A stretch of DNA of 62,900 nt, the filler included, from Hausera hauseri (lineage: Eukaryota), in assembly GCA_046269625.1 (NCBI GenBank). It is 11 parts of 11 records of this genome, joined end to end, with 100 filler letters (N's around TTAATTAATTAA, not from the genome) between each part and the next. Parts side by side here need not be neighbours in the genome. Positions count along the whole stretch, not along the records: positions 9,691 to 14,561 come from JBJURY010408699.1; positions 14,662 to 20,590 come from JBJURY010167087.1; positions 20,691 to 26,177 come from JBJURY010244405.1; 8 more parts are not named here. One strand, 5' to 3'. Position 1 is the first letter of the stretch. Each line of letters starts with the position of its first letter. Below are positions 13,011-26,277 of this stretch, piece by piece. The position numbers were made by a program, and so were the translations under genes. A model generated the notes under the pieces. The model had not been told where the DNA came from. It saw nothing but the letters and a program-made list of their open reading frames with translations, and did no database searches.

Positions 13011-14661
13011 GTAATACAGAATCAACAGAGATACTCTTTCGTCTCTTCCGGTTGGTCATGCAGTAAAGAAACAAGCTCTTCGATTGTCATGGATTTATTG
13101 TAGCTATCGATTCGTCTTGGAGAACCTGGCGTTGAATTACCATCAGGTATGACCTTTGGAGGAACGGATTTCCGAAAGATTATGACATTTTGAACAGGTG
13201 TTGTCGGAATGTGTTTTTAGGACGAACTGAATCCTGGGTTTGGGAAAAGAAGTCGAATCAAAAGTTTGAACTTTAGAAACGGTATAACTGATATGTTGTA
13301 TAATACAAGTTTTTCGAAGTAATTTAATCCTTGTTTCACCTGTTCTTTCTGATAACCAAAAACCTAAGCAACACGTAAAAACAGAAGCCATTTATTCTGC
13401 TGTCCAAAATACTTAAGTAGAGTCGTGGGGAATGGTAAAACATTGAGGTGACAAAAGTATTAAACCATACTACATGAGTGAAAGATTTTGTCGAATTCTC
13501 AATAATGTCCACTGTCTAAATTTGAGATAAATATTTCTTCTAATTGAAGAAGTATGCGTTCACGATACATTCGTTTTTCAGTATTCTTAGGAGAGAGGCA
13601 AAATTTAAATACGATTATTTTCGTAAGATGATACCGAAAATCCGATGACACGTAGCTCTATGAACACTCGATATTATCGTTCTGTTGAAAAATGTATACG
13701 TGCCAATCAATTATCCATTCAATGATCATATGATAGCACGTTAACGTTTCAGTACTTGAATCAATCAATCAAAGAAGAGCAACTGATACACTAATTATTT
13801 GAGGCGAGTTAAGATTGGAAAATGTTAATTGGTAAACACTTCGATTAATGTCTCGAACAGTATCAGATGGCATACTGTGTATCTTACTACTAACGAAAAA
13901 TTCGTTAACAACACTGAAAAATGTCTGATACGGCCGTCCAAAAGCCAAATAATAAACGTAATCCAAACTACATGTGTACAAATATAGACTATTGTGTTTC
14001 ATTTGAATATCATGAAAATCTGGAATGTGCTAGCCCATGGCTGCTTTGTTCGAAAAATTATTATGATCTTGCCAGCTTAACATTGTTTTTAACGATAAAG
14101 GAAAGCCTGAACGTTTGAGAAAATAGTACAGATTAACTTCATAATATTCTTCGGTGTGTAGACGATTCGCACAAATTTTTTGGTCGAATGAGCCTATTTC
14201 GGAGATTGTCCCAGTATTTGTTCTTCACGAGAATATTTCGAATTACCGTGAGACAAAGATCAGACGACTGCGTTATTTCATCATACGTTATTCTAGAAAA
14301 CAAAGCTGCATAAACAATTTCGTCCAACTGTATCAAAGAGTAATTTTCGTTTTGACATTTTAAAATGTCATACGGGAAGATACTGCGGAACAGATCAACT
14401 TTCGATTTATATTTTACCAGAGTTCAATAATAGAGTTTTCTGTAAGCTTCTGTTCCGGGTATCATCAACTGTGACAATCAACTCGCTTGCATGATCAAGA
14501 ACAAAAAACAACGTCAATGGGAACTACACATCTGCTTCGGTTCTTAAAAGACCAAACACTGNNNNNNNNNNNNNNNNNNNNNNNNNNNNNNNNNNNNNNN
14601 NNNNNTTAATTAATTAANNNNNNNNNNNNNNNNNNNNNNNNNNNNNNNNNNNNNNNNNNNN

Positions 14662-15177
14662 GGATATATTGCGGTGTTCGATCATGGCATTCCTGTTGAC
14701 GAGTTCTTCAACTATTTCCAATTTGCCGTTGGCACAAGTCAATGACAATGCGGTATCTTTTGCTTGTTCCACCATAGCCTCGATGTCAGAAAGAGAATCT
14801 AACAAAAATTTCACAACTTCTAAATGTCCGTTCAGAACTGACACTTGTTTGTTATACGGCGGAACTAAACAGTTCTCAAGTTCGAGATCGGATTCATAGT
14901 CGGGATCATTGGTTTCTTCATTTTCCATTTCCTCAACAGCTTCCAGATTGTCAACATTGCAGCTAACTTCACCAACAATTTCACCTGATTTCTGAATGGA
15001 TATACTATCACCATTATCAATGTTTATCTTTGGCATGAATTCCAGATGATAATTTGGCGACAGAAAAACGTGTTTGCTGTTGCAGTTGTGTGCAAGATGA
15101 CATACATGAGAGGAAGAAGTGGTAGTGTTGGTAAGTACGTCGTTGGCGTTATTGCTTTTACTCATCTCATTCAGCAT
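14662..15177 (-). CDS. Ankyrin-repeat fragment, ANKHD1/ANKRD17 (MASK)-like
   Basis: NGHLEVVKFLLDSLSDIEAMVEQAKDTALSLTCANGKLEIVEELVNRNAMIEHRNIS resembles the MASK repeat DIEAQSERTKDTPLSLAC...EHRNVS. Cut by the linker. Confidence 0.7.
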
Positions 15178-15876
15178 AACATGTTGAAAGATTGCACCTT
15201 TGTTAACGGTAGTGAGACTTTTTATCAGTGAAATTAAAATCGGGATTTAAACTGCTTTGAAGGGAATCATGAATAGATGAATTTATGTTAAAAATTGTCT
15301 GTGATGTCGAAGAAATATTGAAAGAATCGATATTAATTGAAGGTTTATTATATGAACTAAGTAATGACGCAGCAGTAGAGCGGACTGTCGAAAATGGAGG
15401 CCTCTGACTCTGTTGCAGAAGCCTTTTAGGCTACGAAACCTGTTTCTGAAAAGGTGTTGATGGTGTTTGGGTTGTTATTTTCAGTTTGATTGTTGTTGGG
15501 GTAGCAGAATTGGAAAACCACTTTTTGTCATTGTGAAAATCGTAATGTGATTAGGAAGACAAATGTGAAGATTTTGTGTTATTTTCATTAAGAGAAAATA
15601 CACCAGAATTTGCAAGTGGTGTCGTTGATGGTGTAGTATTTGCATTTGAAATACAATTGGTGCCTGATGAAAAAATATTTTTCTGAGGAATCTGTGAAGT
15701 ATTGGATTTGGAAAGGTTTCTATTAAATTTCATACAATCTATGCGTGTAAGGCCAAAATCATTATAGTTCTTAAGTTGATATGAGAAATTTGAACTCTTC
15801 TGACAGTCACTATTGTTCATCATAGAATGAGTGACTGATTCGACCCCTTCTGTCGGACAACGGTGGATATTATAAT

Positions 15877-18800
15877 TTATTGAATCACCGATATCTTCTG
15901 AAAATGCTTTGTCCAAAGAGTTGCTACAAAACAGTTGAGTACAATAAAAGATTTGGAAATCAGACAGGAAAACTGAGAGGATGAAGTGAAGCTGACATTG
16001 AAGTAGCCATCACATGACGTTAATAGGGTACAAGGCTCAAAGATGCAGAGTTTAGCACAGAGGCTGAAAATAGGATGGAATTCAGTTGGGTAGTCGTTGG
16101 TGGTTATCAGCGTTGTTCTTTGAAACAAACTGTGACAATGCGCAATGAAATCCATCTGTGTTTTACTTTTCCGTTGACCAATAAAGGAATTATGTGGCAG
16201 ATTATTAGGCCGTTTGTTTTCAAAGAACTCTTTTGGTGGAGCCGGTGGCACTTCATCAAAAGAAGCATCAGTTGTGACCATTTTTCGTCCAGAAAACTCA
16301 TAACTACAACTATAATTTAGATTTGGTGCAACTTCGGTATGAATTCTATGTTTAAGTTTGGATTTTGTTGGAAACACATCAAAACTTTCGTTGGTGACCT
16401 TATGGACTGGTTTAGGAGAATGAAGTCTCATTCCATGAGAAACATCAATTAACGTGTAAGGTGCTACTCTGTAGCATCGATTTTGATTTCCGCGAATTCG
16501 GATACCTTTAGGGAACTCCTCATCACACAAAACTTCAATCCAATGATCACCATTAGACTTTGGTTCGATGCCGATGACTACACTACTAAGGCCAATCGGA
16601 ACACAATGGCATTCGGAAACAAAAACTACTCTGTCTAACAAACGAAACTCGGCGGTTCGATTCGGCTTTGCACATTGCACGGTAAAGTGAGGCACGTAGA
16701 GTTTCTTAAATTCTACTTCAACTTCATTCGTGGTTCGATCAACATTTAGTTTTTGATGTAAATTATCAGCAATAGCTTTCAATATTTCGATTAATGAACT
16801 GCGATGGAATGATGTAATTTTACAAACTCTGCCTTCCGAATGAAGGGCTTCCAAAACCAGAGTATTCTGGTCATTCGTTCTAATACCGTGTCTCATCAAT
16901 AATCGTTTACTGGAATATTCCATAAAGCACTTGAATTTCGCTTTATCGTCTTCGGAAAGTGGAGAATGCGTTACATTGTTAAATTCATCCATTCGATATC
17001 GATTTCCCCTATCTAGAATAGCAGCAATATTAGCTTCCATAAACGCAGGCCAATCGACAAATGCTGTTCGATTTAAATAGTAATCGGCAATCTTTTCAAT
17101 GGTTACTACGTCTTTCGGTGGAGTAATGGTCAGAACCATACTCTGATTTCGTGAACAACTTTCAAAGATCTTGACGTCGATATTGTCCAAGTTATATGTA
17201 TGATTAATGTAACCTAACGTCGGGAACCCTTGACAAATCACGTCCAGACGAACATTCGGAAGCCAACCGAGAACAACTTTATCGAAAGGCAGTCTGAACT
17301 CGTTCATATCAATTTCACAGCACACGAACTCAGATTTCCAATATTTGTACTTCAATGAAGGGCCGTGGATATTACGAGCTGCATCATGCGAGGACATCTG
17401 ATTTGTTTTCGTGGACATAGCATCCAACAGTCGTCGTTCGTCAATGAACGGAATCAGAACAATGGCTTCCCATTCTTGCTTTTTCCCATTTAAGTCAGTT
17501 CGAAAAACCGTTGGATAGAAATCAACAATTGGTGAACTATTATCGAGTATCAGTGGTCGGAAAACATCCGGTAACAATTCACAGCTCTCAGGGGGTAAAA
17601 CGGCCATTAACTGCTCAAACGGCAAGAAAGGAGAACCGTAATCAAAGACTATCGAATCGGATCTGTCGAATTTGAGTATGTCGGATATGAATGGACTGTA
17701 GTGCTGTGGATAGAACCAACTCCATGATGGCACTCCACAGAAATAATAGTAGCAAATCCATTGGAGTCCTTTAACATATTCGAAAGCCTGTTGTTTCAAA
17801 ATATCCTCATTGATCGTTAAACCCATCTTCGTATAATAATAATCCCGTTTGTGAGCCTGGAACTGTAGACGAAAGAAATCATCTTCATCATCACTAGTTG
17901 TATACAAATCCTTTTCGTCCTTGACTAGACATTCAATATTCTCCAACCCGTTACAAGATTTATCTGGATCAAATTCGGACAAATCTTCATGGGGTACCAA
18001 GATTTTTTCGTTGCTTACTGAGTCGACAAAATTCTCATTGTCGAAAAATGTTACGAGATCGCAATCTTTTTCATCACCATTAACATTCTTGTCATTTTCG
18101 TTCATTTCCATTTTCGATTCATTGGCTTGATCATCACTCGAATTAGCATTGGTTGTCGAACCGAGGGCTTCGAGTTTGTTTCCAATTGTCTGACCCTTTT
18201 TACCCATCATCCACTTCATATCTTCGTAAAGATTATTGAAGTGTTTCAAATCAAAACTTGACAGCTCTTTCAAGTAGATCATTAGATTATCAATGTTAAT
18301 TGTTCCATTTTCATTCATATAGCCGTTCATATTGCCGCGAGTCTTTTTGTATGTGTCCCAAAGCAACGGTAGAGCACTCAAGTGGATATGTAAATTTGGC
18401 AGATGGGGTATAAAATCGTTTCCAACCAGAAACGTCATAAGAATCCAATCCCCAATGACTTTCTGAACATCGTACTTATCGCCAAGTGTTTCCGCCAACG
18501 ATGCAAATTCGTAACTAATGTAATCGCGCAGTAGAGAAAGATGGAGTAAATAGAATTTTGATTCTTCTGCAATATATGCCCTCTTATTTTTATTCTCTCG
18601 GGAATAAATAACTTCTTCTCTAAGTAGAGATATGTACGGTTCTTGACTGGACAATCCAAGTAATATTAAATCTGCGTCCAAACCGTAAAGACAGTGTCGT
18701 GTGTTTGGATTGTAGTTAGGAAGGGTTCGGCGATATCTGATGAAATCTTGAATCTTGTGTTCCCCTTCACCGGGTGTCTATTATTTTTAAAATGTATATC

Positions 18801-18932
18801 GTCATTTATGCACTTTTGTTACCTCATGGCCTGACAGAATTATTTCAACTCCATGCCATAACGGATCACACTGTGCCTTGGATGAAATAAACAACTTAAG
18901 TGCTTGTTGCAGACGGACCATAAATTCGGTGC
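15877..18932 (-). CDS. XRN1: 5'-3' exoribonuclease XRN1, 5'-incomplete (exons 18932-18823 and 18777-15877, 45-nt GT-AG intron)
   Basis: GTEFM..L, SGHE|TPGEGEHKI, HCLYGLDADLI.LGL, GNDFIPHLP, W.WFYP.HYSP, PFEQLMAVLP, DLNGKKQEWEAIVLIPFIDE and SH3-like FRLLDRVV. No MGVPKF-type first exon is visible upstream. Confidence 0.93.
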
Positions 18933-19179
18933 CTAACATAAATTCTAATCAAATGTTTATAAATACACCATTGTAGATAAATTTAATGAAATCCAGAAAA
19001 AAAAACATATCAAGTCCAAGATAAAAGCAGCACATTATGGAATGACACATCAAATACCAAAAGTAGAAATTTACCAATCGAAAACGAATGAACGTCAAAA
19101 AAATCGTGATTGGATGATGGATTGATTTGACAAGATTCGTGTCACGATTTTCCCAATTATCTTCGTTTTTTTTCCCCTA

Positions 19180-19545
19180 ATGATTTTCGAATGCATCGGT
19201 TGGATTTACTTTATCATTTCGTACGGTATCGGGAAAACTCTTATAGAAGGAACGCAGACATGCCGGGATACGGTTTTATATCAGACGATTCAAGTCGAAT
19301 GCGATGATGTACCGACGGATTTAGAATGGGAAAGTACGTGGCAACGAAATTTTATTCACGAGCATTTCGATATTCACGAAACGGTGCATCAACTTTGGCA
19401 ATTATTTCTAACGAATTGGGTGCATAATTCTGTGAATATCGGTCCAACAGATTTCTCGAAATTTTGTATTATCGACACTTATGGCATAAATAATTTCCCA
19501 TTAAATACACACATTAGTAAACTACTTGTACAAGATCTGTCGTAA
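19180..19545 (+). CDS. Possible secreted or surface protein fragment (signal peptide plus Cys cap, LRR N-cap-like)
   Basis: Hydrophobic N-terminus followed by C..(x)..VECDDVPTDL. Weak evidence. Confidence 0.25.
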   Translation: MIFECIGWIYFIISYGIGKTLIEGTQTCRDTVLYQTIQVECDDVPTDLEWESTWQRNFIHEHFDIHETVHQLWQLFLTNWVHNSVNIGPTDFSKFCIIDTYGINNFPLNTHISKLLVQDLS

Positions 19546-19859
19546 TATTGAGTCAATTATTTGATTGATTTTCAATATCAATCGTTTCAATATCAAATGC
19601 TGTTGTGAGCTGCAATTCCTGTAAAAATAGTCACAGGATTGGCATTACTCACGTACAATTGTTGTCCTTGATATGCTAATATTGTGTTTCATACTAAGGG
19701 AACTATTTACACAAGAAAATCATCCAGGCCACAGTTTTCCCTAAAACATCTCAAATGACTTTCTCTCCAAAATTTATCATAAAAATACGAATAATATTTT
19801 AAAATAATAAAAGTATACATCATAAACAAATAAGATATTTGACATATGTTATAATATAC

Positions 19860-20297
19860 CTTATTAGTTAACAATCCCTGATCTGTTTGAGAAATGTAAT
19901 GAGACGCTTTCGTTGAATCACAGTTACACGTTTGTGAATCACCACTGCACGTTCCTTTAACCCCACAAGCACACTTTTGTAACCCCGGAATTCCACCACC
20001 CCAATAGAAAAGCGATTGCCCACGACGACCAACCCACCAACTGGATGCTTTATCATAAATAGTTGTGCCTCCACCACCACGACGTTTGAGTAACATCGCA
20101 CCGAAACACTTATAATTGATACTTTGTTCACAAGATTGGGCTCTACGAGTCAATTCACTGAGTGCGTCCCTTGAAGCAGTGTTATACACCACTGGTAACC
20201 TAAACGATCCTGGTTCGAGATACCCTTCGACTAATGTATCGTTTTCCGCATTATTGTGCACTTCAGTAAGAACAACATTCGGTACTATGAGTTTCAA
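19860..20297 (-). CDS. Neurexin-IV/contactin-associated protein (CNTNAP)-like exon
   Basis: CEQSINYKC, SWWVGR, YWGGGIPGLQKCACGVKGTC, CNCD and DQGLLTNK are typical of the Caspr fibrinogen-like region. A GT donor follows NK. Confidence 0.85.
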
Positions 20298-20394
20298 TCA
20301 AATGTTGAAAAAGAATCAGATTTTCTAACAAGAAGAAGAAAAATATGCAGATTCTCAGCTGCTATAATTTATGCCAACAGCATATAAATGTTGT

Positions 20395-20520
20395 TTACTG
20401 CAAATTAAACAGACAGAAAGGTCCAAACAAATTAAGTTTTCTGCAGATTAAACAGACAGACATCTCCGAATAAATTCAGTTTACGGCAGATTAAGCTGAC
20501 AGAATTGCCTAAACAAGTCG
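20395..20520. repeat. Degenerate tandem repeat, about 42-bp unit x3
   Basis: Recurring ATTAAACAGACAGA...AAAT(T)AGTTT. Confidence 0.6.
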
Positions 20521-20893
20521 ACAAAATGCATGCATGGGAGCACATTATCACTATTGTGAGATTGTCAATCACAGTAAAAAGACAATTCAANNNNNNNNNN
20601 NNNNNNNNNNNNNNNNNNNNNNNNNNNNNNNNNNTTAATTAATTAANNNNNNNNNNNNNNNNNNNNNNNNNNNNNNNNNNNNNNNNNNNNGATGACATAA
20701 ATGAGGTGTTCAGTGATATTTTAATTTACTAAAGTTGTTCATAAGTCAGCCTTACTCTACCAGATTTTTTCGTGTGGTCTAACAAGGCGTATCGCAACCT
20801 TTGTTGATGGTACATCTTGCCGCTCTACGGTTAGACACTGTAAATAGAAATATCTAATAGCAAAGCGCGCCGCAACGATTACAGTTTACTTAC

Positions 20894-21081
20894 GCCTTAA
20901 ATTCATTCTTGTCGATGACTTTATCTCCGTTGGAGTCAGCCTGAACGAATACTGCATCAATGTCATTCTTGGTGACTTTCCCGTCGTCGTTACGTTCAAG
21001 AAGTTTGTAGAAGGCATCTTCGTGATGTGTGATTGGAGAGATAAACCACGTGACAAACGAAAGAAGAATGATTGGATACAT
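20894..21081 (-). CDS. Secreted EF-hand protein, first coding exon (paralog 2)
   Basis: Signal peptide MYPIILLSFVTWFISP; EF loops ERNDDGKVTKND and DSNGDKVIDKNE; GTAAGT donor at the exon end. Confidence 0.7.
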
Positions 21082-21320
21082 TTTTAGTCATTGTTACTGT
21101 TATTTTACTGCAGAAATGTAAAAATGCCATAATGTTTAATCTTTAGATTTTGTTGTTGTTGTTGTTGTTGATTATATTGTTATAGTTACAGAAAGTCTCT
21201 TATGACTGTCTGCATGAGCTCTAGGCACCTCATCTTTATACACATTGTCGATTAACCATCATATGGAACTCAGGCAGTTGGATGTGATATTGAGCAATCT
21301 GGACTTTACCTCCTTCTATC

Positions 21321-21646
21321 GATAAGATAAGATAAGATGAACATTTTAACCAGGGTTGAGAAATAGGCAGTATTGCTTCTTTATATTTCTACTCTGGGGG
21401 TAGATTGTTACTAGAATTGTTGTCCGGACCGCGGCCGTTAGGCCTATTCTTTTTCGATTGTCAACTGCCAAGAGATTTTTAACGTGCACGACAATGTACA
21501 CGGACGTCCGATCTCAGTACCCAGAGACAGGGGAATTTTTGACTAGAAGGTCCAGGAGAAAAAATCCGAAGTACTTCCACAGGGATTCGAATCTCGTACC
21601 TCAAGCACTAGAGGCGGACGTCCTACTTAACCATAACTGAGCAAGC
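21321..21646 (-). mobile_element. tRNA-derived SINE with a (TCTTA)n tail
   Basis: Minus-strand head has A-box-like GCTCAGTTATGG and B-box GATTCGAATCC. The body contains TTTAACGTGCAC, a motif seen in invertebrate SINE cores. Ends in a microsatellite tail. Confidence 0.6.
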
Positions 21647-22559
21647 TTGTTTCCGTCCCGGAGCTGGATGCTCTTCAGGTTGAGACCTGGCCACTCTATA
21701 CTAAATTTCCACACAAAAAAAACAGACTAAACCTACAGACAATAGCTCGCCAACATTGCACACATCAAAATGAGATAATGGAGCTCCACCTGCTGTCTTG
21801 CCCTACACTTCAGGCCCTAAGACAGATTTTGCTACAAGACAACACAAAGACAGAGTCCTATAAACCAGCCCATCGCTGCTCGTTAAAACTGAACAAAAGT
21901 TGTGATTCAAAGACAGACACGTTGGCAAAGTACATTGTCCCGTGAAGATAAATGAAATTACTATTTGAGGGGAGGCCTAGTCCTCTTGGAAAAGAGGAAG
22001 AAATACACTTCGGTAGGGAATATATACAATGAACAACATGAAATGGGACCTTCCTTTCCAGTGTGACCCGGGCCAACTAAAAAACTTGTGTAGTCTTGCA
22101 TAAATGTATATTATGATATTCACCTGCATCAATTTATCACATTAAGAGTTTTCCGGCACAGTTGGATATTATATTATGACCGTATACTCTTACAGCCAAA
22201 TGATACATTAAAGGCTGATGTGGCTGATATCACGAGAAGCCGCCTTACAATACAACCAAAAATATCTCTGGTAACTAAATATAGCTGATGGAATTGGAGG
22301 GATGCACGGTCTCATGGTTTGAAACACTCTGTGTCTTTCAAGCTGCCTTTTGACAGGTTTTGTATCTCACACAAACCTGGTATAATTTTGACTCAATTGA
22401 TATTTAATATTGTCAACGTAAATGTCTATTTCTGTGTACTGTCCAATCCCCCGGTACATATTTTACTGTTGAAGATGATACTATTATTGATGAATATGAT
22501 TTAGATTATGGAATATAGAAATTAAATATAAATAAAACGTATCACACACAAAAAGTGAC

Positions 22560-22932
22560 CAACTTAAAAAGGCGGGGTCCATTTTATTGAGGGCGGCCTT
22601 GAACTCTTCCTCGGTAATAGCTTCGTCCTTGTCTGTTTCAGTATTCTGGCGAGAGACGTTAGGTATAAACATTAGAGAAATGGTACATCCCGTCTGATGG
22701 GATCATGGAATTTTTGACGGAATGATGGAATGTTTACATAGAATTGTGAATAATTACAAAGACTGATGGAAGGTTAACACAGAATGTTGAAATGTATAGA
22801 TTTAATGAGACAGGACTACAAACGATGGCAATTTAGGTGCACATAAAGCAAAAAAATTGATACAGATAGAAGGACGGACGGATGGACGAACGGACGGATC
22901 AACGGACAGACAGACAGACAGACAGACAGATA

Positions 22933-22963
<31 letters not shown>

Positions 22964-23115
22964 ATTACCTCAAAAAATTCTTCAATCTCAGTCTTGGTGA
23001 TCAGGCCGTTTTTGTCAGCGTCTATTTTGCCAAACAGCTTGGAGTCCAGTTGGCTGTAATTACGGGCAGACAAGCTGAAAGCTGGTAGGAAGATCAAGAT
23101 TGCATAGGAAAACAT
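22560..23115 (-). CDS. Secreted EF-hand protein (paralog 1), exons 23115-22969 and about 22645-22560
   Basis: Signal peptide MFSYAILIFLPAFSLS; EF loop DADKNGLITKTE; GT donor at 22968; CCAG acceptor then ETDKDEAITEEEFKA. Confidence 0.7.
22862..22964. repeat. Compound microsatellite (GACG/GATG)n-(GACA)n-(GATAA)n within an intron
   Basis: Seen directly. Confidence 0.9.
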
Positions 23116-23864
23116 GGTTCTGAAAGTTTAAAAAAAAAATGCATTTATCAAAACCACTTTGTTTTTAAAAGGAAATTTTGGAGTACATCACACAAAGAGG
23201 GACCTAAGGATTTAGATCTTAAGGTTTTGCAGAACGTAATTTGTGAGCAGCACCGTACCCAAATGTTATATTTTCGGTAAATCAATTGTGGCGATGCGAC
23301 AAGACCCGCATACCTCGAGTAATGTTTTTAATGGAGCCGAGCTACCGGAAATTACAGGATGTCTGATGGGATTGCTACCAAAAATAAGCATAAATATATT
23401 CGAGTCCAATAAATTCTAGAATTTTCATGTTTTGGTTTTTTTTTTTTTTTTTTCGAGAAGATACACGAGTTTAATCACCGAAATTATTTTCTCATCACGT
23501 GTATTAACACAGTCAGGCGCGAGTTAGGATAAGAGATATGGGACAGTTAGAAGGAGCAGTAGCTCACAACGACACTTATGAAACTGTGTTGCAGACGAGA
23601 ATTCACTGTGGACAGAGTTTTCGATTTATAAGTTCCTTTTTTCATCGTATGTTATTTTGATTTTTAATCTCAGTTCTATGCATTCATTTAATCCCTAGCA
23701 TCTTCTACCTTACCAACACTCGTCTGTTATTGTGCACTAAAACCCAGCTCAGCTTTATTTATTTCTTCCATTCACTTCTTCTTACACCATGTAATTCTCT
23801 ATCTCTCATTTCTTACTCGATGTAGTTGTGCATGTTGCTGTTCGCCGCGTCCTGTAAGTTTTTG

Positions 23865-23897
23865 TACCTGATGAAGACCTCGTGGTCGTAACGTAGT
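23865..23897 (+). ncRNA. Degenerate minimal hammerhead-ribozyme motif of the Penelope-like element type
   Basis: CTGATGA-A-GACC(TCGT)GGTC-GTAAC-GTA. The core GAAA is mutated to GTAA and stem I is weak. Confidence 0.4.
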
Positions 23898-26277
23898 TTC
23901 TATTTATTGTCTACTGGTAAAACTCTTTAACCCAGTTTTTGTTTTTTTTTTCAAATTCATTTTGTCTTATTTGTTTCCGGTCTTACCGCAGTCCCTCTCC
24001 TTACATAGGAAAGAATGTGCGAGGTGCGCAACAGAATCAAGCACTAAAAAGCAGCACATTGCTCGTGAATGAAAAACCCACGCAGAATTTCTAAGAAACA
24101 CAACACAGAATAACTGTAAAGGGAAGAAAAGGCAACAACGTCAAGATTGTAATACACTGAATGTCTTGCTTACGAACTGTGTATGGTGCAAGGAACGTAG
24201 TCCGAAATGAGACACCAGACTGCAAACCTTACATTTGTCTGACATCGTATCTAAGAAATATGCAAAATACGTGGACAGCAAATTACAACTACTGAAACTA
24301 TCTCAACATAGAAAAGAATCACCGACAGTTAAATCTCCAACGAAACGTAAAAGATCACATCAAATAACCACATCCACACATTTCTGGAAAATCAACATAC
24401 TTATAAGAAATACAAGCACAGGAATGTACACGTCTCTGGGAAGAATCTCGTAGTGCGTTAACTAAAAAAAGCAGGACTTAATGTAATGCTAAACTAAGGA
24501 AAGGGTTAGCAGTAATTATAAAAGTAACGTTCTGTTTACACTGAACCAGGAAAGACAAAAATGAACACTACTAACTAAAACAAGCTGGTATTAAAATGGC
24601 ATATGAGTGGGCAACAAGAAAATATTTATGAGGGATTATGGATAAATGACTGCGTGTGGGAATGAAAGAGATTATAGGAAATAATTAATTTAAAATAGAT
24701 TTGCCATTCGCATGTTTTAATACTCAGTTATAAGATGAGGCTTAACATGCAGAAAGTGACCGAAACAGCATGGGGCGGCTCATCCGCGCGTCAGGTTTTG
24801 AAACACAATATGGTCAATCATATTTTCGGCCATACAGCATACAAGTTTGAGCCAACACAAGTATCGGTCGAATCCAAAATCGGATTTGATAAAATATTTG
24901 TTGCCATACAGTTGTTCTTAGTGCCGATAGTCTATATCATTTTCCCGATAAGATTTCTAAGCCATCTTTTATTCTTGTCTTATAAAGCAGTGCAGCTGTC
25001 TATTACAAACTTCAGTGATCGGTTTGTGAATTGTAGGGGCCTAAATTCAATAATATTTCCGATAATGGTGATGAAAACATATTTTGTTGCACGTTTCTCC
25101 ATCGGTATATGTACAGATTATGTAGTAATATTAGGGAGTTGATACTAACGCGTGAATTGAGTTAGAAAGGGAAGTTAGGACAGACAGACCGAAACACATA
25201 CAGTTTGCGAAATAATGAGCGCAGTCATTTATGGAAGATTAAAGTTCGCATAAATATATCAATGATCGAACAAAATAAATAAATACGTAATCAATACCGC
25301 GATTACCCAACGTGCTTCGTTATGATATGAATGATCCGTTGACCGCCCAGCGACTCTTCCGAGGTGCTGTAGCCTTGTTAGATCGGTGATTATTTCCTGA
25401 TATATATGGCTCGTGACATACTTTCTTCCAATTCCCTTTATCTTTTCCCCAACTCTAATTACTATTTTTAAATGAAATGCTTAATCAAGAACTTTTCTAA
25501 CAACTCTGGAAAGACAACATGTCAGTGATTGAACAAGATAGTCCTTTTCTAAAACAATTGTCATTTGGGTAAGATGACATTTCATGGGATCGGGATCGTG
25601 TGTCAGTTATCTAAGAATTTTCAAAGCAAATCATAAATTACTGATCAAATTAAATAATTAAAGCATTAAATTGACCAAAATAATAACGTAGTGAATGAAT
25701 ATTCATTAAACATATTTCATTCAACAAAATTATGTATCGCAAGTCTATTCTCTGACGGACTCAATACCACAAGCTTCACGCTCAAATTTAACTAAGAGTT
25801 AGACAAAATACCAAATATTCTTCAGACAATCTCCGCTAACCTGGGAGCAATTGTGGTAGGAAACCAATATTCTCTTCTCGTGAGAACTACAGTTTCAATG
25901 AATAAAATCAATGATTAACGGTTTGCTCCTTTCTCAGTCAACTACCATCAACCTAACCGAGGTGCCCCGAATGACCCTTGGGTACACAGATCCTTCAAGT
26001 TCTATAAGGTGCCACGAATGACCCTCGAATATAAATATCTCCTAGTGGAAGCCCTCAATTAACCTCCGTGGATCGAATCCACTTTCCCTTTCACACAATA
26101 TTACACCCTGCCTTATTTCTTCTATTAAAGCAAGAATGCGAATCAATTAGTATTTCACATCTCAACCTTAAACTAACNNNNNNNNNNNNNNNNNNNNNNN
26201 NNNNNNNNNNNNNNNNNNNNNTTAATTAATTAANNNNNNNNNNNNNNNNNNNNNNNNNNNNNNNNNNNNNNNNNNNN

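Noticed and set aside
13100-14561. Short minus-strand ORFs resembling a decayed host gene
   Set aside because: No motif I can identify, so left unannotated.
22816-22968. Hydrophobic C-terminus of ORF 22816-23115 as a TM domain
   Set aside because: It is translated intronic microsatellite downstream of a GT donor.
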